Shown here: piece by piece, positions 13,198-25,592 of the stretch
How positions within the stretch are numbered: the stretch's first letter is position 1
Layout of the letters: each line of letters opens with the position of its first letter
Assembly: GCF_039654945.1 (NCBI RefSeq)
Contig: NW_027361765.1
Span: 14,322,001-14,386,000 of the forward strand
Reading direction: 5' to 3'
Source of the DNA: Dendrobates tinctorius
Lineage: Eukaryota
Length of the DNA stretch: 64,000 nucleotides
The notes under the pieces: generated by a model
Databases searched by the model: none
Told to the model about the DNA's origin: nothing
What the model saw: only the letters and a program-made list of their open reading frames with translations
Position numbers and translations under genes: made by a program

Positions 13198-13809
13198 TAG
13201 AGTTGAGCGAAACGGGTCGAAAAAATTCAAAAGTCGCTGACTTTCGCCAAAGTCGGGTTTCATGAAACGAAACCCGACCTCAGCGTGAGGTCGGCCACGA
13301 GGTCGGCGACTTTAGCGCCAAAGTCGCGTTTCAAAACATGCTTCAGCGCCCTTTTTTAGCCAATGAGGAAGAACGGACACTGTGGGCAACGTGATAACAT
13401 AGGCAGCGGTCCCCACCATCTTTGAGAAGGGCATGCAAGTGATTGGCTTGCTTTGGGGGGCGTCACAGGGGGTATAAAATGGCGTGCACGCCGACCGCCA
13501 TCTTACTTCTGCTGATCTCAGTATAGGAAGAGATGCTGCTGCTGCAGATTCTGTAGGGAGAGCGTTAGGCAGGGAAGAAGAGAAAAATCAGCTGCTGCTG
13601 CTAGCGATTTTGCCTGTACAACACACCAGTCACTGTGCAGTGCAAGGGGAGGCTATATTTTGGTGAATCAGCTCTGTTGGTTGTTAGGCTTCCTTATAAG
13701 GCTACCTGATAGCTGCATTGCTGGTTTCACACTGCTTTGCAAACTGCTTTTTTAAAAGCAATCCTTTTTTTTTTGTCCTGGTGAGATACTGAGCGTGCAT
13801 TTTTTCACA

Positions 13810-14447
13810 CCGTACAGCGGTGTACGCTGCTCTCTCAGTACCGTGTAACGGCTGTTATCACGGCCACAGTGAAGCTAAGGGTGTGACTCTGTAAGGATAA
13901 GTCGAGGTGATGTTCCGTTCTTACAGACCTCCACCTTATAGTTTTGTCTGTTTTTCAAACAGTCTAGTCTATTTGCTGTTTGATTACATTCAAAACTATA
14001 GAGAGACAGCGTGTGTCAGTCCGTATACTAAAAAAAACGGAGCTTGACAATTTAACATACATCGGACAGTGGTGTACGTGCACGCTGCTCTCTCAGTACT
14101 GTGTAACGGCTGTTATCACGGCCACAGTGAAGCTAAGGGTGTGACTCTGCAAGGATAAGTCAAGGAGTTGTTCCGTTCTTACAGACCTCCACCTTATAGT
14201 TTTGTCTGTTTTTCAAACAGTCTAGTCTATTTGCTGTTTGATTACATTCAAAACTATAGAGAGAGAGCGTGTCTCAGTCCGTATACTAAAAAAACACGGA
14301 GCTTTACAATTTAACATACACCGGACAGCGGTGTACGTGCACGCTGCTCTCTCAGTACCGTGTAACGGCTGTTATCACGGCCACAGTGAAGCTAAGGGTG
14401 TGACTCTGTAAGGATAAGTCGAGGAGTTGTTCCATTCTTGCAGACCT
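13810..14447. repeat. ~259-bp tandem repeat x2.5 inside hAT copy 1
   Basis: Anchor gctgctctctcagtac at 13826, 14084 and 14343. Confidence 0.9.
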
Positions 14448-14459
14448 AAGCTCTAGGGA

Positions 14460-15805
14460 GATTCCAATCCTGCCCTGTCCTATATAACATTTTTCACACC
14501 TGCCAAATTCATCCTGTCATACAGCGGTGTGATATACATTGGGCCTCACACAATACATCAGTGTCCAGAAGTGTGTAAGGACATTCCATTTCGGCCGTCC
14601 TTTGTTACATTTTTCACACCAGCCTAATTCAGCCTGTCATACAGCGGTGTGATATACATTGGGCCTCACACAATACATCAGTGTCCAGAAGTGTGTAAGG
14701 ACATTCCATTTCTCCCGTCATATATCACATTTTTCACACCAGCCAAATTCAGCCTGTCATACAGTGGTGTGATATACACTGGCCTGACACAATACCTCAG
14801 TGTCCAGAAGTGTGTAAGGACAATCCATTTCTGCCATCCTATGTCACGTTTTTTCACACCAGCCAAATTCAGCCTGTCATACAGCGGTGTGATATACATT
14901 GGGCCTCACACAATACATCAGTGTCCAGAAGTGTGTAAGGACATTCCATTTCGGCCGTCCTTTGTTACATTTTTCACACCAGCCTAATTCAGCCTGTCAT
15001 ACAGCGGTGTGATATACATTGGGCCTCACACAATACATCAGTGTCCAGAAGTGTGTAAGGACATTCCATTTCTCCCATCATATATCACATTTTTCACACC
15101 AGCCAAATTCAGCCTGTCATACAGTGGTGTGATATACACTGGCCTGACACAATACCTCAGTGTCCAGAAGTGTGTAAGGACAATCCATTTCTGCCGTCCT
15201 ATGTCACATTTTTCACACCAGCCAAATTCAGCCTGTCATACAGCGGTGTGATATACATTGGGCCTCACACAATACATCAGTGTCCAGAAGTGTGTAAGGA
15301 CAATCCATTTCTGTCGTGCTATGTCACATTTTTCACACCAGCCAAATTCAGCCTGTCATACAGCGGTGTGATATACATTGGGCCTCACACAATACACCAG
15401 TGTCCAGAAGTGTGTAAGGACATTCCATTTCTCCCGTCATATATCACATTTTACACACCAGCCAAATTCAGCCTGTCATACAGCGGTGTGATATACACTG
15501 GCCTGACACAATACATCAGTGTCCAGAAGTGTGTAAGGACAATCCATTTCTGCCGTCCTATGTCACATTTTTCACACCAGCCTAATTCAGTCTGTCATAC
15601 AGCGGTGTGATATACATTGGGCCTCACACAATACATCAGTGTCCAGAAGTGTGTAAGGACATTCCATTTCTCCCATCATATATCACATTTTACACACCAG
15701 CCAAATTCAGCGTGTCATACAGCGGTGCGATATACACTGGCCTGACACAATACATCAGTGTCTAGAAGTGGTAGGAGAATTAAATTCTCCCCTGTCCTAT
15801 ATACA
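14460..15805. repeat. 119-120-bp tandem array x~11 immediately upstream of the transposase ATG
   Basis: Anchor acagcggtgtgatatac at 14521, 14641, 14761, 14881, 15001, 15121, 15240, 15360 through ~15719. Confidence 0.95.
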
Positions 15806-15867
15806 CCTTGCACGTTGTTTTACAGTTCCATATCGTTGGTGGAATTGTGGGTACATTTTTCAAAAAA

Positions 15868-18800
15868 ATGAGGAAGTGTGGTGTAAGAGGCCGTGTTAGT
15901 GGGCGGGGGTTGCCAGCTGTTAATGATGGTGTTGGTGTTGGATCTGCTGGTAGTGGCAAAAGCAAAATAACACCTAATGCAGGAGGTGTTAAGCCTGCGT
16001 CATCGTCTGGCTCCACAAGGCCTCGAAGGCTCCCTTTTCTGGGAGTAGGTAAACGGCTTTTAAAGCCGGATCTTCAGGAACAAGTTTTGGCCTACATTGC
16101 TGACTCGGCCTCCAGCTCTATCGCCTCCTCTTCGTCTTTGGAGGCTCATGGTCATGAACCACACCTTTCTTTGTGTCCTTCACCCCAACCAAAATTGAAG
16201 GATGCGGCAGGCCACACAACAGATTACTCCATGGAGCTATTTTCACATACCATGCCTGGGTTATCAAGTGAAATGGTGAATTACCCAGGCCAAGATGAAT
16301 CTGACATGGAGTGCACTGATGCACAGCCACTGATAGATGATTCTGCTGGTACATTCACTCAGAGAACGACATTGTCCTCACAGTGTACTGAGCCAGATTC
16401 TGACCCTGATGAAACTCAGGTGCCCCTTCCCGCATACTATACCACCGTACATGGTGACACAGAGGAAGGTGCACATGACATTGAAGAGGAGGTGATGGAT
16501 GACCCATTTGTTGACCCAGATTGGCATCCATTGGGGGAAGAGGGTGCCGCTACCAATAGCTCCGAAGAGGAGGAGGAGCATACGCAGCAGGCATCGACAT
16601 CGCAACAGCTGTTATCTGGCAGGCACGGAGCAGTCCAAAAACGGGTTGCAAAAAGTCAAAAAGTTGCTGGACTGCTTGGCCAGACAGTCAAAATAGCATA
16701 GCGTGCAAGGACGCAAAATGTCTTCCATAGTAGGAAGAGTGCAGTGTGGCACTTTTTTGAACAAAATCCTAATGATCAGGCCAAGGTTATCTGTAAGAAG
16801 TGCGCAAAGACCTTTAGCCGAGGGAAAAATCTGAAAAATTTGAATACCAGTTGCATGCTTAGACATTTAACCACCATGCACTTGCAAGCGTGGACGGAAC
16901 ACCAAACCTCAAGTACCACATGTGCAAATGCTCCCGAAGAAGGTAGTCAGCAACGCTACATTGTTTCCCCCACTGTAAGCCCACCGGTTAGCACAGCAGC
17001 AAATGTTGAGGTGTCGTTGCAAGGCCAAAGCTGTCAGGGAATCACAATGTTATATCAACGAAAGACTGAATCTAGGCCATCAGAAAGAACAGCAACTCCA
17101 TCACCATCATCAACCCTCTCTCAGTCCGCCCTGTCCACCGCTAGTTCCACCATATGCAGCTCTCAAGTCCAGCTCACCCTGCCAGAGACTATGAGTAGGA
17201 CAAGAAAGTACTCATCCTCTCATCCGCGTACACTGGGTTTGAACGCCCACATTGCCAAACTAATCTCGTTAGAGATGATGCCCTATCGGTTGGTGGAAAG
17301 CGCAGCTTTCCTCGAACTCATGGCCTACGCAGTACCACGCTATGAACTACCCAGTCGCCACTTCTTTTCTCGCAAAGCCATCCCAGCCCTCCACCTTCAT
17401 GTGAAGGACCGCATTGTCCATGCACTCAAGCAATCAGTGAGTGGAAAGGTGCACCTCACAACTGATGCATGGTCCAGTAGGCATGGCCAGGGCCGTTATG
17501 TGTTCATCACTGCGCACTGGGTTAATGTGGTGGATGCAGGGTCCACAGCGGACAGCGGTGGTGGGACTGTGCTGCCTAACTGTTGTGAGTTCATTTTCCC
17601 CTTCACTACTGAGGCCCGAGGAACTCCCTCTTCTGGTAAAGAAAGGTAGTGAGCCTGATTATCAAACACCTGAGCCTGATGACGATGACTGGCTGAGTGG
17701 AGTTACTGACTGGATATAAGGCTGCCGACGCCCTTCTGCCCTGCGGGTGATTTCTCTGTGGGATCCTTGGAGACCAGTCTGAATTCCTGCTCTTCTAAAG
17801 CTAAGTTTTCTGCTCGGCTTTTTGCATTTGTGCTTTGACTTTGTTTTGCTTTTTTTTCTGGATTTCTGCCATTCCCTGCTGGGGTGTGCAGAATTCCTTT
17901 TTTGCTCTGTCTTCTGAAGATACCTGAGTGCTGATTTAGTTTTTGAAGCCTGGCTGCTTCAGGGTCTTTTTCCATATCAGCTTGTTGGCTTATGTCTTTG
18001 GTGGGGTTTTGGCGGATTGCAGACAGCAACCTTCCTTTCCTGTTCTGTTTGGTTAGCTTGGGCCCCATCGTTTGCTCGGCCTGTCTTTCTGTCTGTGTGA
18101 GTGTTTTTTCATCTTGCTTCGCTGTCATTATATGTTGGGGGCTGCCTTTTGCTTTGGGGTCTGCTCTGGGGCAGTTTGGATTTCCTTTTCTGTCTTTGGG
18201 CTATTTGGCTCTCCGGCTGTGATCGAGGGGTCTGGGGCATCGTAGGAGCCCCCCACGGCTACTGCTGGTTGTGTTGATGGGTTCAGGGGTCTGCGGTCTG
18301 ATAGTTGCCAACTTCTCTGGTTTTCTGGACGTAGCTTCTATTTTTGTGTCTGCCTCCTGCGGTGACTCAATCATAACACTAGCCCACGGTATAGGAAACA
18401 GTTGACTGTAGGCCTTCGACCCTCCTCCTCCTACTCCTCTAGAAGCAAAAGCTCATCCCCAGAGCGCAGTCGCAGCAGCACTCCATCCGCAGCTGCCAGT
18501 GTTGCACACGAGGTGTCCCCCTATCGATCAGCTAGTGGAAAGCGTCAGCAGGCTGTGTTGAAGATGATGTTTTTGGGCGACAGACACACCGCGGAGGTAC
18601 TGGCTGACTACTTTCAGCAACAAACTGAGTCATGGCTGGACAGTCCACATCTTGAGGCAGGCAAGGTAGTCAGCGATAACGGCCGTAATTTTGTGGCTGC
18701 CATAGCCCTTTCAAAACTCAGACACATACCTTGCTTGGCTCACACCTTGAACCTGGTGGTGCAGTGCTTCCTCAATAATTATCCAGAGTTAACAGGCCTG

Positions 18801-20192
18801 CTCCAGAAGGTTCGAAAACTGTGCTTGCACATCCGCCGGTCGCCTGTACACTCCAGTCGTATGCAGAAGCTGCAGCGATTGCTACACCTTCCCAAGCACC
18901 AGCTAATTATCGATGTTGCAACAAGGTGGAACTCCACCCTGCACATGGTTGAGCGGCTGTGCGAACAGAGGCAGGCCGTAATGCATTTGTGGGAGGATAC
19001 CCGGACAGGCACTTTGAGGGCAGACATGGAGTTTACAGGTGTGCAGTGGTCAAAGCTGAAAGACCTCTGTAAAGTCCTTCAGTGTTTTGAGGAATGCACA
19101 CGGCTGGTAAGCGCAGACGACGCCATCATAAGCATGACCATCCCACTTATGCGTCTGCTCATGCAAACTTTGACGCACATTAAGGAGCAGGCGTCTGCAG
19201 CCGAGGTTGACGAAGAGGAAGAGGAGGAGGAAATCCTTGATGACAGTCAGCCATTGTCTGCTCCGGGACCTCTCCTGGACGAGGTGGAGGAAGAAGAGGA
19301 AGAGGAGGAGGAGGGTGATGATGGGGATGATTATTTAGGGGAGGAGGATGCTTCTCGTGTGTCCAGAGAAAATGTTGGCATGGCAAGCTCTGGTACAGGG
19401 TTTGTGCGTGACTGGAGGGATGTGGATTTGCCAGAAAGTGCTCCTCCACCAAGCAGTCGCACTGCATCATTGACACCGGGAAAATTGGCCCACATGTCAG
19501 ATTATGCCTTGCAGATCCTAAAAAGGGACCCCCGCATTGCCAAAATGATGAACGATGACGACTACTGGTTGGCCAGCATCCTGAATCCACGCTATAAAGG
19601 CAAATTCCAAAACATCATGCCACAGGAGAACCTTGACCTAATATTGGCTAACAAACAAGCTACTCTGGTAAACCGGTTGGTTGAGGCATTCCCAGCACAC
19701 AGCAGCGGTGATGGTTCTCACACGAGCCGTAGGGGCCAGGGGCAGCTTGGAAGAGGTGTTTGTGGTGCACACATCAGAAGTGGCGTTGGAGACAGGGGTT
19801 TCATGACCATGTTGTGGACTGATTTTTCAAGTCCCGCTCACTCGACTGGTAATACTGCATCGATGGAAAGTGACAGGAGACAGCACTTGTCAACTATGGT
19901 TACAAACTACTTTTCCTCCCATGTCGATGTTCTCCCTCACAGGTCATTCCCCTTTGACTATTGGGCTGCTAAACTGGACACCTGGCCTGAATTGGCACAA
20001 TATGTGCTACAGGAGCTCGCTTGCCCAGCTGCAAGTGTGCTATCGGAAAGAGTCTTCAGTGCTGCTTGGTCAATCCTGACAGAAAAAAGGACCCGTCTGT
20101 TGACCCAAAATGTGGATGATTTAACCTTCATTAAAATGAACCATGCATGGGTTTCCAAGGATTTTGTCCCACCTTCCCCTGATGACACATAG
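15868..20192 (+). pseudogene. BED-finger hAT transposase (ZBED-like TE protein), ~1173 aa when reconstructed
   Basis: ORFs 15808-16701, 16744-17649 and 18402-20192 join in frame after reading through TAG 16699-16701 (CAG in copy 2) and removing the solo LTR plus one TSD. Motifs: BED finger (VWHFF..CKKC..MLRHLTTMH), D in LTTDAWS, D in VSDNGRN, CLAH, TRWNS, E in SVLSERVFS, hATC dimerisation domain. Confidence 0.93.
17581..18378. mobile_element. Solo LTR (798 bp) inserted in the hAT transposase
   Basis: Termini tgttgtga...tcataaca; 5-bp TSD ctaac/ctagc; empty site gtgctgcctagccca present in copy 2 (~44477-44491). Confidence 0.88.
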
Positions 20193-20396
20193 GTTGACAG
20201 AAAAATGGCTTGCTTTGGTCCTCCTCTTCCTGGGACTTGAACAATTTCGCCTTTTGCATCAGCTGAATGTCCAACATCAACATATACCACTTTCTAAAAC
20301 TCCCTAAATGTGCTGCCTCCCCCCCCCATGGCCGGAGTCACCACCTAGCGCATGAAACCGTGCGAGTGCCGTTGCCCTGGACAGGTGGGTAGGCCG

Positions 20397-20530
20397 ACTC
20401 TTGGGCACGGGCACTGGCACACGGTCCCTCATAGTGCAATCAAGTGTCTCTGACGGTGGTGGTGCACACCCGCCGTCAGACACACCGCCGTACTATGAGG
20501 GGCCCAGTGCCAGTACCAACGCCCAAGAGT
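20397..20530 (+). other. ~134-nt stem-loop downstream of the transposase stop, conserved in copy 2 (~49326-49438)
   Basis: Pairings actcttgggc/gcccaagagt, actggcac/gtgccagt, ccctcatagt/actatgaggg, tctgacgg/ccgtcaga. Confidence 0.75.
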
Positions 20531-20612
20531 GGGCCCCCCTTGCTTGGGCAGGGCCCGAGCATTTGCAATCTTTACCTCTCCCTGCTCCTCCGCTGTGTAG
20601 TCTGGGCCGTCA

Positions 20613-21035
20613 AATCCATACTGGGCCTGACACCGTCTGAGCCTGCCTCCTGATCTATAGACATATATTTTGAATGTGTACACTATGCTATCCATACATG
20701 TTATCCAGTGATTCGGTACCCTTTCTCACCTTTGTGCAATCACGTGTAATCCATACTGGGCCTGACACCGTCTGAGCCTGTCTCCTGATCTATAGACATA
20801 TATTTTGAATGTGTACACTATGCTATGCATACATGTTATCCGGTGATACGGTACCCTTTCTCACCTTTGTGCAATCATGTGTAATCCATACTGGGCCTGA
20901 CACCGTCTGAGCCTGCCTCCTGATCTATAGACATATATTTTGAATGTGTACACTATGCTATCCATACATGTTATCCGGTGATACGGTACCCTTTCTCACC
21001 TTTGTGCAATCACGTGTAATCCATACTGGGCCTGA
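20613..21035. repeat. 135-bp tandem repeat x3 inside hAT copy 1
   Basis: aatccatactgggcctga at 20613, 20748, 20883 and 21018. Confidence 0.95.
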
Positions 21036-21140
21036 GAACGGCTGGCGAGCTGTTAAGCAAGCTACAGCACCTGTGGTTTGCACACGTAAGTTTTTCATTT
21101 TTTCAGGAATGACGGTTAGGCCTAATTCCGGAACTGCGGT

Positions 21141-21616
21141 TGACCTGCACTTACTGGGAAATCATCGTTTGCGGGTAATAATTGTAATCCCAGATCCCCA
21201 TCACTAACGGTGTTCAGCGGGTTATCTGCACCTGTAAGCGACAAACGCTGGCCCTTTCAGTGTAGCGCACATGCAGCCACGGACATGTAAGGGCATGACA
21301 CACCAGTTATTGGCCAATCTCACGTGTCAGAGCCTCATGTGTCCCTCTAGTAAGCCGGACTCGGACCGCGGGGCATGACGGAGTCTCGTTCGTTAACGGA
21401 ATTAAGCTTGCAATGTGTGCATCTTTTTTGTTGCGGGATGGTTGAGGTTGCCCGTGTTGAGTCAAATTACGCCGCAGGCTCCACTCCTGGTGGTGCCCTT
21501 CTGGACATTCCTTTAAGGTTCAGCTTTGCAACCATACTGCCCACGTAAAACAAACACTTTGCCTTCATGAACGCTGTTTGGAGGGTCGTGACTCATGGGA
21601 ATAACGCCGCCCAATC
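21141..21616 (-). pseudogene. Diverged partial 18S rRNA fragment (approx. vertebrate 18S nt 1100-1660) captured inside the hAT
   Basis: Collinear reverse-complement matches to conserved 18S segments: cacttactgggaa, gatccccatcac, tcagtgtagcgc, ggacatgtaagggcat, gagtctcgttcgtta, cccgtgttgagtcaaatta.gccgcaggctccactcctggtggtgcccttc, ttcagctttgcaaccatact, tcatgggaataacgccgcc. Internal deletion near 21407-21434. Confidence 0.92.
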
Positions 21617-21704
21617 AGTTAACCTGCTAGACAATGCTCCCAAGTATGTTCCTAGGAGGAAGGTAATGCCACTGTGGCGACCGTAGTCCTGGGGGCGACA
21701 CAAG

Positions 21705-21995
21705 TGCACTGATGCCCAGCCACTGCTCGATGAATCTGCTGGTACATTGACCCAGACCACTACATTCCCCTCGCACTCTACACGGCCTGAATCTGACCCT
21801 GATGAATCTCAGGTTACCCTTCCCATATACTGTTCCATCTTACATGGTGACAAAGAGGAAGCTGCAGATGAAAGTGCAGGTTCGGCCCACCCGCCATCAG
21901 ACACACCACCGTACTATCAGGGGCCCTGTGCCAGTGCCGTCGCCAATGAGTGGGCCCCCCTCTGCATGCTCAGGATCACAGCACTTGCAAGGTTG
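21705..21995 (+). other. Internal duplications of a transposase N-terminal segment (21705-21870) and of the 3' hairpin arm (~21887-21995)
   Basis: Similar to 16311-16478 (gtgcactgatgc.cagccactg...ctgaccctgatgaa.ctcagg) and to ~20467-20570. Confidence 0.85.
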
Positions 21996-22825
21996 AAATA
22001 CTGTGCAGTGAGATGGAAGATGGGGACAATGAGGAGTCCAGACTAGTACAGGGATTCCCTAGCGAGGAGACTTATTTCATTGTTTTCAATGTTGGGACAG
22101 CAATTTTTGGGGAGCACTATACTCTGGAGAATGATAGATGGGGCCCACCATACACTGGAACATTCTAAAGGTGGACATCAGACACTGGAGCAGCATTTAA
22201 AGGGCCCATTATACACTAGAGCATTAGAAATGGGGCCCATTATGTATGGAGCATTATTTGGGCCCATAAGACAGTGGAGCTTCATCCATGGGGACCAACA
22301 TATACTGTAGCATTATGTGGAGCTCATCATATACTGTTTCAAACATTATATGGGACCAATGATTCTGTATGGAGAAAAAGATGGGCCTCATCATGAGATG
22401 TAAAAAGTGATGTATTTTTCTTTGTAGTATACCACTATTTCTCTGCCGTATCGGAGCAGCATGAGTTGTGGTATGTGTTAAAGGAGCGCTCTTTCGCCCA
22501 GGGCACATGAAAACCTGGAGCCAGCCCTACCCCCCCACAACTTTAGCCAAATAACCCCCATTTTTCAGTGCGTAACTAGTATTATGAAGTAAATAAAGGG
22601 TGACAAGCTTCAGTAATAAGAATTTATGCTTTTGGCATTCAAATGGGCACTGTAAGTGTGTTTCCTGTCCTCCTCTCACTGCCGACTTTTTTTCCCCATT
22701 TACTTACATTGGGTTTCGTGTTTCAGTCGGACCCCCGACTTTTCCCTATAGTTGGCCGATTTCGTTCAACCCGACTTTTGTGAAACCCAACTCGACCCGA
22801 AAAAAGGCAAAGCCGCTCATCTCTA

Positions 22826-23915
22826 GTCATCAGTGTATGGTCCTTGTGTTCATTTTCACCATCAAAGTGTAATCAGTGTATGGTCGTTGTGTTCATTTTC
22901 ACAATCTATGTGTCATCAGTGTATGGTCCTTGTGTTCGTTTTCACCGTCAATGTGTCATCAGTGTATGGTCGTTGTGTTCATTTTCACAATCTATGTGTC
23001 ATCAGAGTATGGTCCTTGTGTTCATTTTCACCATCAATGTGTCATCAGTGTATGGTCCATATGTTCGTTTTCACCATCAATGTGTCATCAGTGTATGGTC
23101 CTTGTGTTCGTTTTCACTGTCAATGTCTCATCAGTGTATGGTCCATATGTTCATATTCACCATCAATGTGTCATCAGTGAATGGTCCATATGTTCATACT
23201 CACCATCAATGTGTCATCAGTGAATGATCCATGTGTTCATTTTCACCATCAAAGTGTCATCAGTGTAAGGTCATTGTGTTCATTTTCACAATCTATGTGT
23301 CATCAGTGTATAGTCCTTGTGTTTGTTTTCACCGTCAAAGTGTCATCAGTGTATGCTTCAGGTGTTCGTTTTCACCATCAATATGTCATCAGAGTATGGT
23401 CCTCATGTTCATTGTCCCCATCAATGTGTCATAAGTGTATGGTTCAGGTGTTCGTTTTCACCATCAATGTGTCATCAGTGTATGGTCCTTGTGTTCATTT
23501 TCACTGTCAAAGTGTCATCAGTGTATGGTCCTTGTGTTCATTTTCACTGTCAATATGTCATCAGTGTATGGTCCATGTGTTAGTTTTCACCATCAATGTG
23601 TCATCAGTGTATGGTCCTTGTGTTCATTTTCACTGTCAATATGTCATCAGTGTATGGTCCATGTGTTAGTTTTCACCATCAATGTGTCATCAGGGTATGG
23701 TCCTTAGGTTTGTTTTCACCAGCAATGTATCATCAGTGTATGGTCCATGTGTTTGTTTTCCCCATCAATGTGTCATAAGTGTATGGTCCTTGCGTTAGTT
23801 TTCCCCATCAATGTATCATCAGTGCATGATCCTTGTGTTCGTTTTCACCACCAATGTGTTATCAGTGTTTTGGATCAGTGTGTTATCAGTGTATGGTTTG
23901 TGTTTCAGTTTTTAC
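22826..23915. repeat. 43-bp minisatellite, right part (~25 units)
   Basis: Same unit as 12756-13197; resumes in phase after the hAT TSD. Confidence 0.95.
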
Positions 23916-25592
23916 CATCACTGTTTTTCACAGATGGATAAATAAATTACAAAGCTTCTCCTATACTTTGCAAGGGCATACGCATACAGCACACGAATGA
24001 TACATGGATGAAATCTGTGGGCTAAACGTGTTTTTCTCTGATCCATAGACTTGAATGGGCTCTTTTCATCCATGATACTCGAGAAAAATGAACATGTCTC
24101 CATGAGTTTGCATAGACACATGGTTTGTGATAAACTATGGCTATGTGAATAGCACCATATATTATAATGGGAACGTGTTGTATCCGTGAAAATACTGTGA
24201 ATGACTGACTGACAGCTGGCTCTGTACTGATCTAGCTGTCAGTCAGTTTGGGGGCATGGCTACTGCTACCGCTCACTGTGCAACTAGCAGTGACTGAAGC
24301 TGTGCTGGCCGCAACTCTATGGCTGGAGTCACACTGCCGAATTTCTCATACGATAATCGCATAGTACGGACTGGCCGGCACCTCTCCTGACCTGAGCATG
24401 ACAGCGTGATGGATTACTATGCAGCTGTCAAGCTCAGGTCAGGGGAGGTGCCGGCCAGGGCAAGTTTTAGGATCCGATTCTTGGACGAAAAATACGCCAG
24501 TGTGTCTCTGCCCTCTAAGTGAAAGTGGGAGGCTGCCTGGAGGAATAATCGCAGTGCCCCATTTTTACAAGATAGTATCATGTATTGACATGACATTTTC
24601 CCTTTAAAGTAATGAGAATGTAGAAATATCTCAATGACCTAAGATGTCAGTTGTTTTTATGCTTAGTTTTAACAGAAAAGAGTTGTCAATTCTTAAAACA
24701 TTTTTACAATGTTAAAGAGATGATTTACTGTTTTGTGTGATAAAAGCTGACACTGTCATAAATACATGCAAGAAAAAAAATGATAGAATTTTGCTTATGG
24801 TGATGGCTATAAAGTTTCTTTCCATTGACCCCTTTCACCCAAGGATTTAAAAAAAAGTAATGTCCTTCCTCTCGTTGAGAGAAAGTAACAATTTGTCAAG
24901 TAACAAATACTTAATATGGTGGAATGTATGTAGAACTTAGCACAAATCAATTAATATATCTTGAAAGACAATAGAAATATGGGGAATAATTCTAGTTGGG
25001 GATTTATTGTGAAGGAATCAATGCAGTATTAGCCACATCAGCTAGTTAGCCAGGAGGCTACAAACATCCATACAGATTCTGTACAGGTTTGTTAACCATT
25101 TGCTAGCATAACTGAAGTGCTACGCTGTTATGCCAGTGCACCTACTCCATTTATCTAGGCGGTCGTTCAATTACTTGACTGAGACTGGATGCATATGTAG
25201 ATAGCATAGGTGACGCTGGCAGAGTAAAACGCCATCTGGCACGCACTTTCTACATCTGTATATTGAGGAGTCTCTTTTCGTGTATCTCACTCCACATTTG
25301 CTGCCTTTCAATATTTCTGCTTTATCTCTATGCAGGGGATGCAAGACCATTATTAATAGCATTTTTGGGTATTATGGCATTTTTCTGTGATTTCATTTCT
25401 ACTTGAGTGCTTTGTTTTAATATCAGTGTAAGGACTCAGAAGTCTGATTTAATAGTATGGGTAATTATATACTGTATGTCAAACAGGAATCTCAGTTTAA
25501 AAAAAAAAGAGAGTATAGTCTGCTATACCACTGGGATGTGCAAGTATTCAGGGATTAAACGTACTCTTGTATGCAACCAATATTGTTCTTAA

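Larger units (their letters stand above)
13198..22825 (+). mobile_element. Large hAT transposon, copy 1 (9.6 kb, cargo-bearing)
   Basis: TIRs tagagttgagcg / cgctcatctcta; 8-bp TSD gtgatcag (13190-13197) / gtcatcag (22826-22833); internal BED-hAT transposase; both ends homologous to 39949-52637. Confidence 0.95.

Noticed and set aside
14460-15805. Regular array next to a nuclease-fold gene, superficially CRISPR-like
   Set aside because: Units are contiguous ~120-bp tandem copies with no unique spacers. The context is eukaryotic and there are no cas genes.
18402-20192. Domesticated ZBED1/ZBED4/ZBED6 host gene
   Set aside because: Lies between TIRs with a TSD, has a second decayed copy in the window, and is disrupted upstream by a stop and a solo LTR.
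21141-21616. Functional rRNA gene or contaminant rDNA
   Set aside because: Partial, internally deleted and mutated in invariant positions. No ITS/5.8S/28S neighbours. Embedded in a TSD-bounded transposon and carries vertebrate-type signatures.
12526-23941. Many Cys/His-rich ORFs (MCHQCMV.., MIYIGPHT..)
   Set aside because: Translations of the 43-bp and 120-bp tandem repeats.
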